A model generated the notes under the pieces. It searched no databases. It saw only the letters and a program-made list of their open reading frames with translations, and was not told the DNA's origin. The position numbers and the translations under genes are program-made. From Pocillopora damicornis (taxonomy: Eukaryota), in the NCBI RefSeq assembly GCF_003704095.1, contig NW_020846227.1, positions 62,001-126,000 of the forward strand: a stretch of DNA of 64,000 nt. Reading direction: 5' to 3'. Shown one piece after another: positions 1 through 11,666 of this stretch (position 1 is the stretch's first letter; each line of letters opens with the position of its first letter).

Positions 1-413
1 TTTGTAAGCTTGAAAGCCATGACTCGAAGAATGTTTTGAATCAATGTTGTTTGTGATTGTGTGATTTTTTCATGCGCTCAAGACCTTCTATCTATCAAGT
101 TTTTTTAATTGTTACTTTAGAAACCCTCACTTCCGGCTACTGCAAAATTTACCATGAACAGATAAAATAATGTGCATGATAGGTGCCAGTACAGGCATAA
201 ATGGGGTGAGTTTGGCCTGTTATATCTCTTTCAAAACAGACATTGGATAGGAACACTTAAGGAAAGTTTAAAAAAAAAGGTTTGTTAGATAACTTTTTTC
301 CTGAGCAGTCACCTTGATTAATTGCTTATTGTTATATATTCTACTTTCTGCCAATTTGATCAATAACTTGTATGAGGTGAAATTGCCTTAACTTACATGA
401 CCCAGTCCCTTAA

Positions 414-614
414 CCCTATAACTTCCAGAAGTGATTAACATGTAACTTCTCCCTATAATATCCATACATTATCCAGCAAACAGGTAATGAGAATACCCAA
501 ATCATCAGGTAGAAGTTGTTACCTTGATCTAACACCAAATTCATGTAACCAATAAACAAGGATAAGTGTCGCATAGAGGGGAGAATTAACATTCAAATCT
601 TGGGAATTAAAGGG
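414..614. mobile_element. piggyBac-like MITE (family A), ~200 bp, TTAA-flanked
   Basis: TTAA at 410-413 and 615-618; termini CCCT...AGGG with imperfect TIRs; close copies at 13922-14125 and, reversed and partial, ~63300-63475. Confidence 0.75.
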
Positions 615-694
615 TTAACAATTACACGTCCACAAGTGACCAATATGCAATTTCCTTTTACAAAATCAATGCACCTTCAATCTTCAAGGTCATA

Positions 695-937
695 CACAGG
701 ACAAAATCACATGTTTCCGTATTTCTGAAACGTGGCGGAAACATGCAACTCCATGTTTCCGTTATGTTTAACATGCACAAAAAGTGGTCCGGTTCCGTTG
801 TATACACAGCAATGGAAACGCGAGAAAACGTCACGAAACCAGTAACGGAAACACAGGTTATCCATCGTGTTTCCAGAACAGTTTTAACATGTTTCTGCCA
901 CGTTTCCGTTAACAGATTCTTGCAATTTTGTCCTGTG
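695..937. mobile_element. MITE with CAC-terminal TIRs and subterminal repeats (CACTA/EnSpm-like)
   Basis: 13-bp TIR CACAGGACAAAAT (695-707) / ATTTTGTCCTGTG (925-937); ATA on both flanks (3-bp TSD); internal GTTTCC(GT) repeats in both orientations. Confidence 0.6.
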
Positions 938-1227
938 ATAACAAGAAAGCAATTTCAACTAAAGAAAAGTACTGTTTGATTTCACACGATACTCTGGGAG
1001 CCATAGCTCAAAAGCTTCTAAGAAATGTATGATATACAGCGCAGAAAATTGACATGAAGCACCTAGGAGTGAAATGTTAAATAAATCACACTTGCCAGGT
1101 CTGAAATTCAACTTTACTTGAATAGAAGCAACCAGAGCTAACACCATTTGCATGTCAGCCAAGGATTGACCATGACTCTGACCACTGCTCACCAGGATCT
1201 GATGCATAATACATGTCTTAAGACGCC

Positions 1228-4200
1228 TCACTTTGTCTTGGTATCCATTGACTTCTGTATCAGCTGTAAAAATATTTCATCTGTTCCCCCAAAACAGGAA
1301 AGTGTTAAATATACAATTCCAATAATTAAAACATACCATCTCACCATTGCAGACATGTACAGAAGAACTGACGAACAGATTGTGAACAGAAGCCAGAAGA
1401 TGAGCCCTTTTTTAAACAGATAACTCACAGCTAACTGGATCTCATTCTGTTGTTCACTTGCTATTTCAGAAGGAGGGCCAAAATGTTTCTCCTTGGTGTA
1501 AAATTTTCTCAGTCTATCCTCTTTCTGCATCCATTGCTTACAGCACCATTCTTCAAGACCTTGTGTATCTTGTGGAAGTGCATCATTGGAATATCGCTGA
1601 ATGTGAAAATGAATTTCACTTGGTACATTTCCTTTCAGTAGATCAACTTCTTCAAAACAGTAATTTTCAGAATAACCAACGGTGACATCAAGAATAGCAT
1701 CTACATTCCCCTGACGAAGTTTCTCAACACAGTACGTGAAGCCACGTACACGTGGATGTAGAACATAGTCATAAAAGGGAAGATTATTTTTTGTTGCAAA
1801 GGAATCACTTTTCTGTTTGCTAGCCTCCTCAAAGTTGGTACCCTCAGGAAACAAGAGTAGCTGAAGACTATCTGATGAATTGACAAAGTAACTGAGAACT
1901 GAATTAAGGTAGCTTTCATCTCTCTCCCAACGGCGGTGCAAGAAAATGTAAAGGGCATTCTGCATGGCCCAACCTGAAAATAAGCACAAAATTCTTTAAA
2001 ACAATACCTGGCAATTCTACTATACACCAGAATTTACTAATTTAGAAAAAAATGAAGTGTCTCCCCAGCTGTTTGTATAATCATCTTTCCTGAAATCAAT
2101 TTACTGAATATAACTCAGCAACTTAGCGATATAAGTAACATTAACATTGTCACTTAAAGAGTACTTTCTAAACCGAAGAAGAATTATAAAATGTCTGCTT
2201 GAAAACTCGTTTATACACTTTTTTGATAATGAACAGAAAATGTTGAGGACTGAATTTTTCTCAGACTTCTTTTTTCTTTTTCAATCTACACTTTCTCTCC
2301 CAAGATAATTTGCCCTACTGTCTGTAATAAAATTCTTATAATGCTAGTTTGGAGAATTTGGTATTGAATCAACTAATTATCTCCTAGTTGATATACATCT
2401 TTTATAATTCTCATGACCTTTCTGCTTGATATTATATTGATATTGTAAGGAGAAATTATGTCTTGGTCACCCATGGGAGCTTAAGGGTCAATAGCCCAAG
2501 TATAAAGCATAAGATGTTAACTGAACCTTAACCCTTCAACTCCCAAGATCTCATTAGTAAGTCTCCTTACTATCTACCATATAGATCTTCTGATGTTAGT
2601 TTGGAGAATTTGGTATTGGATCAACTAATAATCCCATAAATAAGATTTTTTGTTCTTCTCATGACTTGTCTGCTTGATATTGTATTGATATTGTATGGAG
2701 AAATTCTATCTTAGTCAATCATGGGAGTTGAAGGGTTAAAGAACAAATGCCAGCCATACTGCTCACAAGCAGAAATGTCAGCTATATGGTAAATCACATA
2801 ATAGTACATAAAGAGTCCTTTACTGACAGCCAAATTTCTATTCAATGCAACCATTTCATAATTTTAGGTCCCTAATGGCAACTTTGTTAAAAAAAAAAAT
2901 TTGATCTTGAAACCAAAATTTATAGCAAAATGATGAAAATACTTACCTGGACCAGGAATATGTTTGAGTTCACGTTTCATTATTATCTTCTCGTGCTTCA
3001 ACTCGCCATATCGTGCCACAAAACTCCAAAAGAACATCCAATCAAGTCGGCATCTGTGGTTCATGATGATAACAGAGTTCTCACTCTTTGGAGGCTTGTC
3101 CCCAGTGACTACAATCTTGACTCCAAACATCATCTCTGTGCATTGAGAGAGGAAAATAATTGTCGGTAATTTAACTCAAATTTCTTCCTCTAAAATTCAA
3201 ACCAGGTCAAGTATAGCTATACGCAAGTTGATATCATCACAAAGAACATCCATTAATGGAAAATTTATTTTCATTTTAAGTTCAATGATCTTTTGGCTTT
3301 TACATAAAAAGAAGGTATACTATATCTCAATCAGTGGTGAGGAGACATAAATTGATCCTGAGAAAACTAACAAGAATCTTGGACAGCACATTCCCAGATG
3401 TTTATTTTCTTGTCATATTAGTTAGGGAAAATTTTGTGTTCAACCTGTTTTTAACAGTGAATAAAAAACATGTCTTAGAGCAAAAAAAGAAACATTAACC
3501 TTTCCTGATCTATCACAAAACATATTCAGGTTTGAAACCAATTCAGTTATCTAACAAAGCTGGCTGGAAAGCAACTACAAAAAATTATTTAGAGCAACAC
3601 TAAATCATGAAAAAAAAATGAAAATAACTAGTTCATTAATATGACTACAACATTATTCAGAGTACAAATTGGAACTTGCATGTTTCACAGTTCACTACTT
3701 TGTTTTGTATTGCAGCTGTAAAACAAAACCAAGCACACCTTTCTCAAGCAAAAAAAGCATTGTGAGTTAAGTTAAAAATAGGGCAAAAGAAGGGCTGATA
3801 ATATAATCCCTCTATAAAATAATCAATGTCATGATTAAAAAAAAATCTGATCATCCAATTTCAGGTCACAAAACATGGAGCCAAACAAATCGCAAGAAGT
3901 TTCAGAGCCTCATGTCAAATTGGGCATAGTTGTCATACTTCAAGAAGTACTATTAATTCTTAAGCCAAAACGCCTTTCCAGTGGTACTTAGTTCATCTTC
4001 ATAGGGTGTTGACTGACTTTACAGCATTTACTAACCAGTAAACAAAGAGCAAATTATTATTTCTGCCAGTTTTGGTTTTAGACTGTAACAAGTTTTGATA
4101 AGTCATCATGTTGTGGCATTTGGCAATTGGCAATTGTTTCCTGATGACATAACAGTATGTACTAAATGGTTCAAATTCAGTCTTTTAAAAGCCAGCATTA

Positions 4201-5116
4201 GGAAATATACCCAAGCATGGAAATCTAAGTACTGCAGTTTTGTTTTCCCACAGACACTAAGTGATGTCTCATTCCCTGAATTTTAAAAATTAAGTAATTG
4301 GGCAATCTCCTCGTGATACTACCCTTGAATTACGTTACTTTCTGAAATTCTCACATTAACATATAGAGATGCAACACTAGATGAAAAGATGTCCGCATAA
4401 CCTCGTCAGAATCCATCCCAATTTCACAATTTTTTTTTTTGCTATCAAATAACTGTATACATAGCGAAGTATGTGGTTAGATAGAAATCTTACCTATTTT
4501 TATTACATGCTTATCAATATCATTGTTTTCTTTAGTAACTTGATCATCTCATGAAATAACGCAAAGGACGCCACCCCCTCACAAAAGTACAACAATAATG
4601 TAAATAAACCGTGTTGTCATCAATTATTTAATGTAACCATGAGACATTCAATAATGATACTTGTTTCTAGTGATATCTAGACAGGAATATCTCTCTGAAA
4701 CCATTATAAGCTGAATCAACCCTGGTAATTGAGCGGAAACACTCACCCAGAAGGGCCTTTTGACGCACAAACACGACGTTGAAGGTGGAAGTAAGTTGAG
4801 GAGGGTTGCGATCCGAAAGAAAAAACAGCAAATCCGTTATTCATAAAAAAAGAGACAAAAAAGTTTTCAGATTAACAAAAACTGAATAAAAAAAAAACGC
4901 TCATGAGCTGTAGTAATTTAAAAACTGCTTTCCAACATTCCTCACCGGCGGTAAGATCAGCCATAACGAACACAATCGATCATTTGCCCATCGAAACCAC
5001 TGCGGCCGCAGCCATAACAGCGGAATTGTCGGCCCCATGAGAAACAGAGAGCCGAAAAATGAACAAAAAAAAAGAGCCAAATTGTAGATTAAACCTCCAA
5101 AGAAGTTTCTCAGCAT
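1228..5116 (-). CDS. LCLAT1: Lysocardiolipin acyltransferase 1-like, copy A; exons 5116-4946, 4756-4747 (10-nt microexon), 3135-2947, 1973-1228
   Basis: Acyltransferase motifs NHRCRLDW (HX4D), GWAMQ, FPEGT, YVLHPR, DVTVGY; GT-AG boundaries with consistent phases; the microexon GCCCTTCTGG restores LPP-ALLE-MMFGVK. Confidence 0.88.
2533..2734. mobile_element. piggyBac-like MITE (family B), TTAA-flanked
   Basis: TTAA-CCCTTCAACTCCCA...TGGGAGTTGAAGGG-TTAA; related copies at ~2290-2490, ~53640-53821, ~60214-60418. Confidence 0.75.
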
Positions 5117-6331
5117 TCTTAAAATCCTTAACACTGTTAGTACAGTTAGGGAAAGCGAAGAAAGTATTGATGCGAGAAAGCGTGACACGAGCAAGTATAA
5201 GCGTGCGGCGACACAGACTGCAGCTGGATTGTGAGGTGTGCGGGCTCTAATGAAAGGCTCGCAGTGGATTGTGGGTTGCTAAGGAAGCATGAAGGATACA
5301 TTTTTGTTCATGTCTATTATCGGTGTTATTTTTTCACAGTATTATGCATTTTTTGCTTGATTGTTCGTTTTTTTTACTTTTTTTCTTCTGGAATACCGAT
5401 GGAAGCCTCTCTGAACAAATATTATCATCATCTGCGTTTATTAAGTTGGTAAAATCTGTACAGACATCACACCAACTATTATTATACAAAGATATAAATA
5501 TATATAATACTCAGAAAAAATTAATAAAGTAATTCGGATAGTAATTTCATAACTGTATAATATATATTATGAGAATATAAAATAATAATGCCCAGTGATT
5601 GTTAACTAAATAGGGGAGTAGCTTGGAGTAAAAAACAGCCAAGGAGTTTGACTCAACTGTTTCCGGGGGTAGATTATTCCATAATCTTGTGGTCCTTAAG
5701 AAAAAGGAAATGTTCTTTGTCGCCATATCTTGCCTATATTTATGACGATGACTCCCTCGAGTTCTAACTTCAGATTGGGGTTGTAATTAGTTATTTACAT
5801 CAATATCAATTTGTCCACTGCTCATTTTATATAAAAGGTTTAAACGAGTCAGTTCTTCTGAATTCTAAGCTCGCTCAACCTATATCAAATTTGAAGCATT
5901 TCAGTAATGCTAGCTGTTGGATGATAGTTGTTGGAGCAGAGCCGAACCCCTTTTCTTTTCTCTGTCTCATTTTAATGTTCAAAATAGACGAACACCGATA
6001 AGAGTTAATCTTCTTTATTTGCGAACAACAACAAAACTCGAATAATAACTCTCTGCTCAAAGACACGTGTTTAGCATCATTGGGAATTGCGAAACCCCCC
6101 CCCCCTTAGACCTAAATGTAGCCCAATAACTCGAGTATAGTTTAGAACTTAATTGTCAAGCAACAACTAAGGAATGTTGGGGGTCACCACACCATGGTAT
6201 CTATATATTAGATACCAGTTTAGTTGTGCGATTCCCTGTTCAAGAGCTTCCTTTCCATCTAAAATGATGATTTCAATAGTGTAGCTTCATTTCTTCCCTA
6301 TATTTTGTATAACACTGCATTACTGGGAACC

Positions 6332-6415
6332 CCTCTCTCTCTCGATCTCTCTCTCGATCTCTCTCTCGATCTCTCTCTCGATCTCTCTCTCGATCTCTCT
6401 CTCGATCACTCTCGA
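6332..6415. repeat. 12-bp tandem repeat (CTCTCTCTCGAT)n
   Basis: About 6-7 consecutive units directly visible. Confidence 0.9.
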
Positions 6416-6718
6416 AGACGATCTGTCCGTTTAACTCGAGCTTATCCGTCCGTTTTATTCAGTATATTATTTCAAACCATTCTTTGTAGTAGAATCAGTC
6501 TCATGAGGCTGATTAGAAAACGAATTAATTAATCTTTTATTCCCTTAGAATGACTGGCTTCTAATTTCTCCTTTCAATATCACCCTTGAAATAATTATAA
6601 ATAATAAATAATAATAATAAATAATTATAAAGATCACGAGAATAAAGGAAATGATCACCAATCGAAGAAGCTCCTGATTGTTAGCACCATGGGAAATGTA
6701 AAGATAACAGAGAATATT

Positions 6719-7025
6719 CATAAACGGTTGAGAATATATGGAAAATTACTACGAGGATCACTTTCATTCACGTCTTTATCCGCAGTTCAAATATATGACT
6801 TTCATATATTCTCAACCGTTTATTTCATCACTTCACGGGTTTATTTAGAACCAACATCATGATCAGCTCCCAGTTGGCTTGTTAGCTCAATTGGTAGAGC
6901 GCTGCACCGGTATCGCAGAGGTCATGGGTTCAAATCCCGTACAGGCCTGAATTTTTTTTCAGGCCTTATTTTCACTACTGCCTAAGTAATGCACATTACT
7001 GCGAGGATCACTTCCATTCACTTCA
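6719..7025 (+). mobile_element. tRNA-containing dispersed repeat with terminal direct repeats, nested in a TTAA-type MITE
   Basis: Direct repeats ATTACT(A/G)CGAGGATCACTT(T/C)CATTCAC at ~6746-6771 and ~6995-7021; short inverted segment 6722-6744 vs ~6800-6822; AGAGAATATT on both flanks (6709-6718, 7026-7035). Confidence 0.6.
6876..6948 (+). tRNA. tRNA-like cloverleaf with GGT (Thr) anticodon; probably repeat-borne or pseudo-tRNA
   Basis: Acceptor stem GGCTTGT/ACAGGCC; D arm AGCTC-AATTGGTA-GAGC; anticodon arm CTGCA-CCGGTAT-CGCAG (one mismatch); T arm ATGGG-TTCAAAT-CCCGT; followed by a T8 tract. Confidence 0.55.
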
Positions 7026-8774
7026 AGAGAATATTGATGTTAGCGTAACCAAGAGAAAAGTCGGAAAGATGTTCGGGGGGCTGCAACCTGTATTCAGATC
7101 TTGGTCTTAACACTACACGCAGGCCGAGGCCCCGAGCATTTGGTGGGTTCTTGTTCCTGCTTCGAGGTTATTTTTCACTCCGGAACAGCTGGAAAAGTTG
7201 ACTTTCCCAGTTCCGCTTCGACGCACAACAATTAGCCGTCTCGAGATCTTTCTATTCGTAAACAATTTACAGACAAAGGAGATCGGGAGGGTGGCAATAT
7301 GTTAATACCTGGCACGTGATTAAGCCCAAAATTAAACGCTGTACGAGGCGCGTGAATTTACATAAAGGTGAGGAGATCCCAGGTTATCCTTTAAGCGTAA
7401 ATGAATGTTTAATGTACACGTGACGCGTTTTTTTTTTCGATTTTGTGCGTGAAATTGGATTAGAACCATTTCTCCCGCCCGCTTGAATTTTATAATTGGA
7501 CTTTGGGCATGAGGATCGTGACACTCCTGTTTTAATTATTACACAACAACCTCTTCTTCCCACGCCCGGAACACTGAGCTAAAAATTGCACTTATATAAC
7601 CACAAAAAAAATTAAACAGGTCTCAGTTGACTTCCTTGGTCACGCAAGTGTCTCACAATTACCCAAGGTCGCCATTCTTATGATATTTTAGAGTACGAAT
7701 TGTCCTACAGAAATGCGTTGTATAATTTTTTACATGTTAATCAAGGGCGCAAAAATAATCGTGAATGATGTTATAAGATTCAGAGAGCCAGAGCATGCAA
7801 ATTGACCCAACGGATCGCAAACTTTTATCAAAATAAACGACTCTAAACAATAGTTTGACTCATTTCGTTTGCATGGCTTTCTTTGCTCGTTGAAGTTGCT
7901 ACATTGTTCTTACTTCTAGGTTTGTGATGGCATTTTGAAAAACCTCTTATTAAAAAAAAAGAAGAGGTTTATTGATCGTGCATAAATATTATTACCAGCC
8001 TATATAATATAAAATATAATATTTTTCGTTCCTTCCCAACCATACTATTTGTTTTCAGTGGTGAAAATATATGATTGGCGCGCCAACACTTATTGCCGGT
8101 GTCAAATTGAAACAAGACAAAATCTAAGCTTTGAACTTGTATATCATCACAGAGAACAATAGAAGCCCCGTGGGTCGTCATTTACACTGTACTAAGTATG
8201 TTAATTTTTACTCAATAAATTCGTGGTATAGTCGACAGGTGACTCAATTTAACTGCGAGTGATGTTTAGAGCAAATACCAATTTAACTTAGACTTATTGA
8301 ACATAAACATTTGACCTTTTTTTCCAAAGACAAAGACAAATAAACAGCAAAGCTAACTTAGAGTTGAATGTTTGATATGTAAATCGTTTCGAGGCAATCG
8401 CAAGAGCATAAGCTCACGCCCTGAAGCTCAACAGCTGTTTCGTAGAAGGTTCGCCAAAATAAGTTTTCGGGCATGCGATGGCGATCTTCTGGCGACGAGG
8501 AAGATTGCTTAAGTATGTATTATTACGGATTTTCCTTTACTTAAGACCTATGAACTTCGATCAAGCTGTTGTAAATGGCCATAGGTCGCGACAGTTGTTA
8601 CCGACTGTCGCTCTCGCTTAATTTACAGCCGCACTGAGAAAAATACAGCTGTACGCTTTATGTATTTTGTAAACGAAGTTTAAAGAGTCGGTTGCCCTGC
8701 GACTAAAAATTGGTACCGCGATGGCTGAAAGACAGGTGAATAGCTATCTAAAAACGATTATTAGCTCAACTCAC

Positions 8775-9253
8775 CCAATAACGTCTACGTGATTCCACAC
8801 AACAGCCAGTTACATGAAACAGAGAAGGAAGAATTATTCAAAATATTTTGCTCGAAATGCATAGGAAGTGAAGCTACAAAACTTAACTAAAACAGAGCAA
8901 TGAATTAAGTTTCTACGACCAGCCGAAAATTGTCTCGTTTGATTGCACGCAACTTCAAAAAATCAGTAGCAATATTATCGTGGAATAATAATAGTAAATA
9001 TAGTGATACTAATAACATTAAAACCCAAAAATTAGGGAAGTAAAATATTGTGAACGATATTACTGTGGTAAGTGCTTACCGGGGGAAGAACAAGCCACCA
9101 CACCGTGAGGTGGTCATTAACCCAGCGAAACCACCTCGGCCGTAAACACAGAAGAATTAAAGTCGGGCCCATGATAACGATGGTGCCGAATAAGCCAGTA
9201 TAGTAAAGAAAAGCAAGGAAAATGAATCCCTTCAAACGCTGAACTGTTGCCAT
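8775..9253 (-). CDS. LCLAT1: Additional LCLAT1 first-exon cassette (exon 9253-9080 + microexon 8784-8775); alternative N-terminus for copy A or a truncated duplicate
   Basis: MATVQRLKG...WWLVLPP|GTAAGC is homologous to the other two first exons; AG|ACGTTATTGG|GTGAGT encodes TLL-E and is in phase with the acceptor at 3135; no catalytic exon seen between 8775 and 5200. Confidence 0.75.
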
Positions 9254-10896
9254 GGTCCCAATCCTGCTGGCGCCCGTTGAGAAGTAAACCAATGCAGAGT
9301 TTCAATTCAATCGGCACCGGCAGCGTTACAAAAGCAACTGATTTCAATAACTTGATGCCTTTGGAGTTTTGATGAATAAAATTAAACGTGACATAATGCG
9401 CGATCTGCGTGCACGCAACTGCGCGGCGAATAAGCGTAATGCAACGGTTATGTTAGCGGCTTGATATCAACGAAACACGGTATCATTGCTAAAAATGACC
9501 TGCTGAAATTTCCATAACTTATGGAAAACCATCTAAGCTCTAAAAAGAAACATTTCTGATGATAACATAGTACTTTACCGGTCCAATGATTTTCTTTGAG
9601 GGCAAGCATTAAAAAAGACAATTAAGGAAAAAAGCACACAAAAAAAAAAGGCTAAAAGTCATTTTGACACTTTTGTGTACCTTACTTTTATGGTAATTCA
9701 TGAATAGTACGTTTCCATGTTGACATACGCAACCCAACCCAGGCCTCTCTCGTTTTTTGTGGCTACTGCCTCCTACTGGAGGCGGAACCACAAATGTCGT
9801 CGAGATGAGTGAGTAAATGAGTGTAACAATAGAATTCTGATTTTAACCCAATTTGACCCGATGTTTCCCGGTACCGGCTTATTGTTTTTTTTTTTTCGGA
9901 GTATCTTAGTATTTCGACATTCGCACTCGATACACAGTTGAGTTCTCTCCTTTTGTGATTTCTGGCTTAAAGCCACTAGTGCATTATGTTTTCAGTTCTT
10001 GCCGTGACACTGCGGAAGACAGAAGAGGACGACAACACCCCACAATCATTTCAGGATTGCACGCGACTAAAAAATAAACAAACGTTTTCCAAGCAGAAAT
10101 ATCTTAATAGGTGTGATCGGCACATCGTGAAACTTAGTGGAATTTTTTTTTTTTTTTTCTATAAAGAGAGTGCATTTTACCGTTTAAATCAGCGAGTTAT
10201 GTAGATCCGAAGATACAGTCTTTTCAGTTCTTACCGTGACACCACAAAAGACGGTAAACATCTCAAATGAAATTTCACAGTGGCATCCACCGACGCATAA
10301 CTTAAATCAAACCTTTTCCTCAATGGCAGAAATAGCTCAACAGATGTGATCTATAAATCATTGACGCTTTCTTTAAAAAGGAGGGCATTTTATCGTTTGA
10401 ATCACCGACTTATGCCGAAAAGAGCCGCCAATTAAGCTTCGAAATACGGTGTATCTTGAGATATCTGCAAGGAAACGAATGCCATGAGTAATTCAACAGA
10501 ATGATGGAACGGAGGAACGGTGGGACGGTAGAACGCTGGAACGGTGGATCAGCGGAATAGTGGAATATCTTATGACACGGAATGCCTTTTTGTAAGAAAC
10601 AAAAGTCTAAAATATTGATTTGCAATAAAATAAGAAATTATTTATAGTAAACAGGCGAAATTAAGAGAAGCATAGGTAATCATTGTTTGAACCTAAAGGA
10701 TAAGGGAACAATTAGGCTTAAGAGCTGGCCACTTAAAATTATTATTATATTACTATAGATGTGACGATATACATTGTTATTATGCGTGAAAGGATAAAAA
10801 AATATGATAGAGACATACAGTTTGCTCGTACCTCTGCGGTTTCGGAGCACGCTAACGAAACGGAGCATATTCCTATTTGGTGCAAGGTTAAGTTTA

Positions 10897-11280
10897 TTGA
10901 TCGTGACCCTCACTGGTACACACGTAGGGGTTAAAGAGGCTATCCATATAAGACTTCACCCCAACAACATCAATAAGGATAGTGGACTCGAAATTCACGA
11001 AGCTTGGTTACCCACAATCAAATAACACAACAGCCGATCAATACGGAACTAGGAGGGAACACCATCTAACAACGGGAACAATAATGTGGATCGAAATGCA
11101 CCAATAGTAGCGAAACAACGTGCTGCAAATAGCGACGCGTAAACAATCGATCTCATCGCCTGATGAAGACTAGCAGTATTGCAGTCGAAACGTCGCGATC
11201 AACAAGTGACTCCATGGTGAGAAAAACAAATAAAGTTCATCTCCTATCTTACACTACGATGAACAATAACCACATTTTTT
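10897..11280 (+). mobile_element. Penelope-like retroelement 3' fragment (GIY-YIG C-terminal remnant + hammerhead-bearing terminal region)
   Basis: Frameshifted DRDPHWYTRR/VKEAIHIRLHPNNINKDSGLEIHEAW, typical of the PLE GIY-YIG tail, followed by a hammerhead core. Confidence 0.75.
11155..11199 (+). ncRNA. Minimal type I hammerhead ribozyme
   Basis: Stem I ATCGC/GCGAT; core CTGATGA (11160-11166); stem II GACT...AGTC; GAAA; minimal stem III (CG); GTC cleavage triplet ending at 11194. Confidence 0.75.
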
Positions 11281-11666
11281 ATTACATTATTGTTATTATT
11301 GTTACGTGAGACAAATATTCCGGAACAATACCTTCTAGCGTCATTATACAACCTTTAATTCTTTTCAATGCCATAATATTTTTCTATATCAGTAGGCACA
11401 TGCAGTATTCGACTCCCTATTTTTTCACTTCGCCACCATCGGGGTTCTCTCTCTTTGATTTTTTAACGCACCGAATATTCATTTAGTTTTGGTGCCAACT
11501 TTAGGCTGAGAATATACTTGTTGAAATGATTTCTTAAATTACAAAGAATTGCTTTTAAATTGTTACCCAACTAGCGAGGAAACACATTTAAAGCAGCTCT
11601 CAGGAGTGTTCATTGATACCATTTGTTCTCTCACAACACTCCCCTATATCGAAAAACGTAGAATGG

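Noticed and set aside
6305-6532. 75-aa ORF with (SLDL)n repeats
   Set aside because: It is a translation of the 12-bp tandem repeat; there is no coding evidence.
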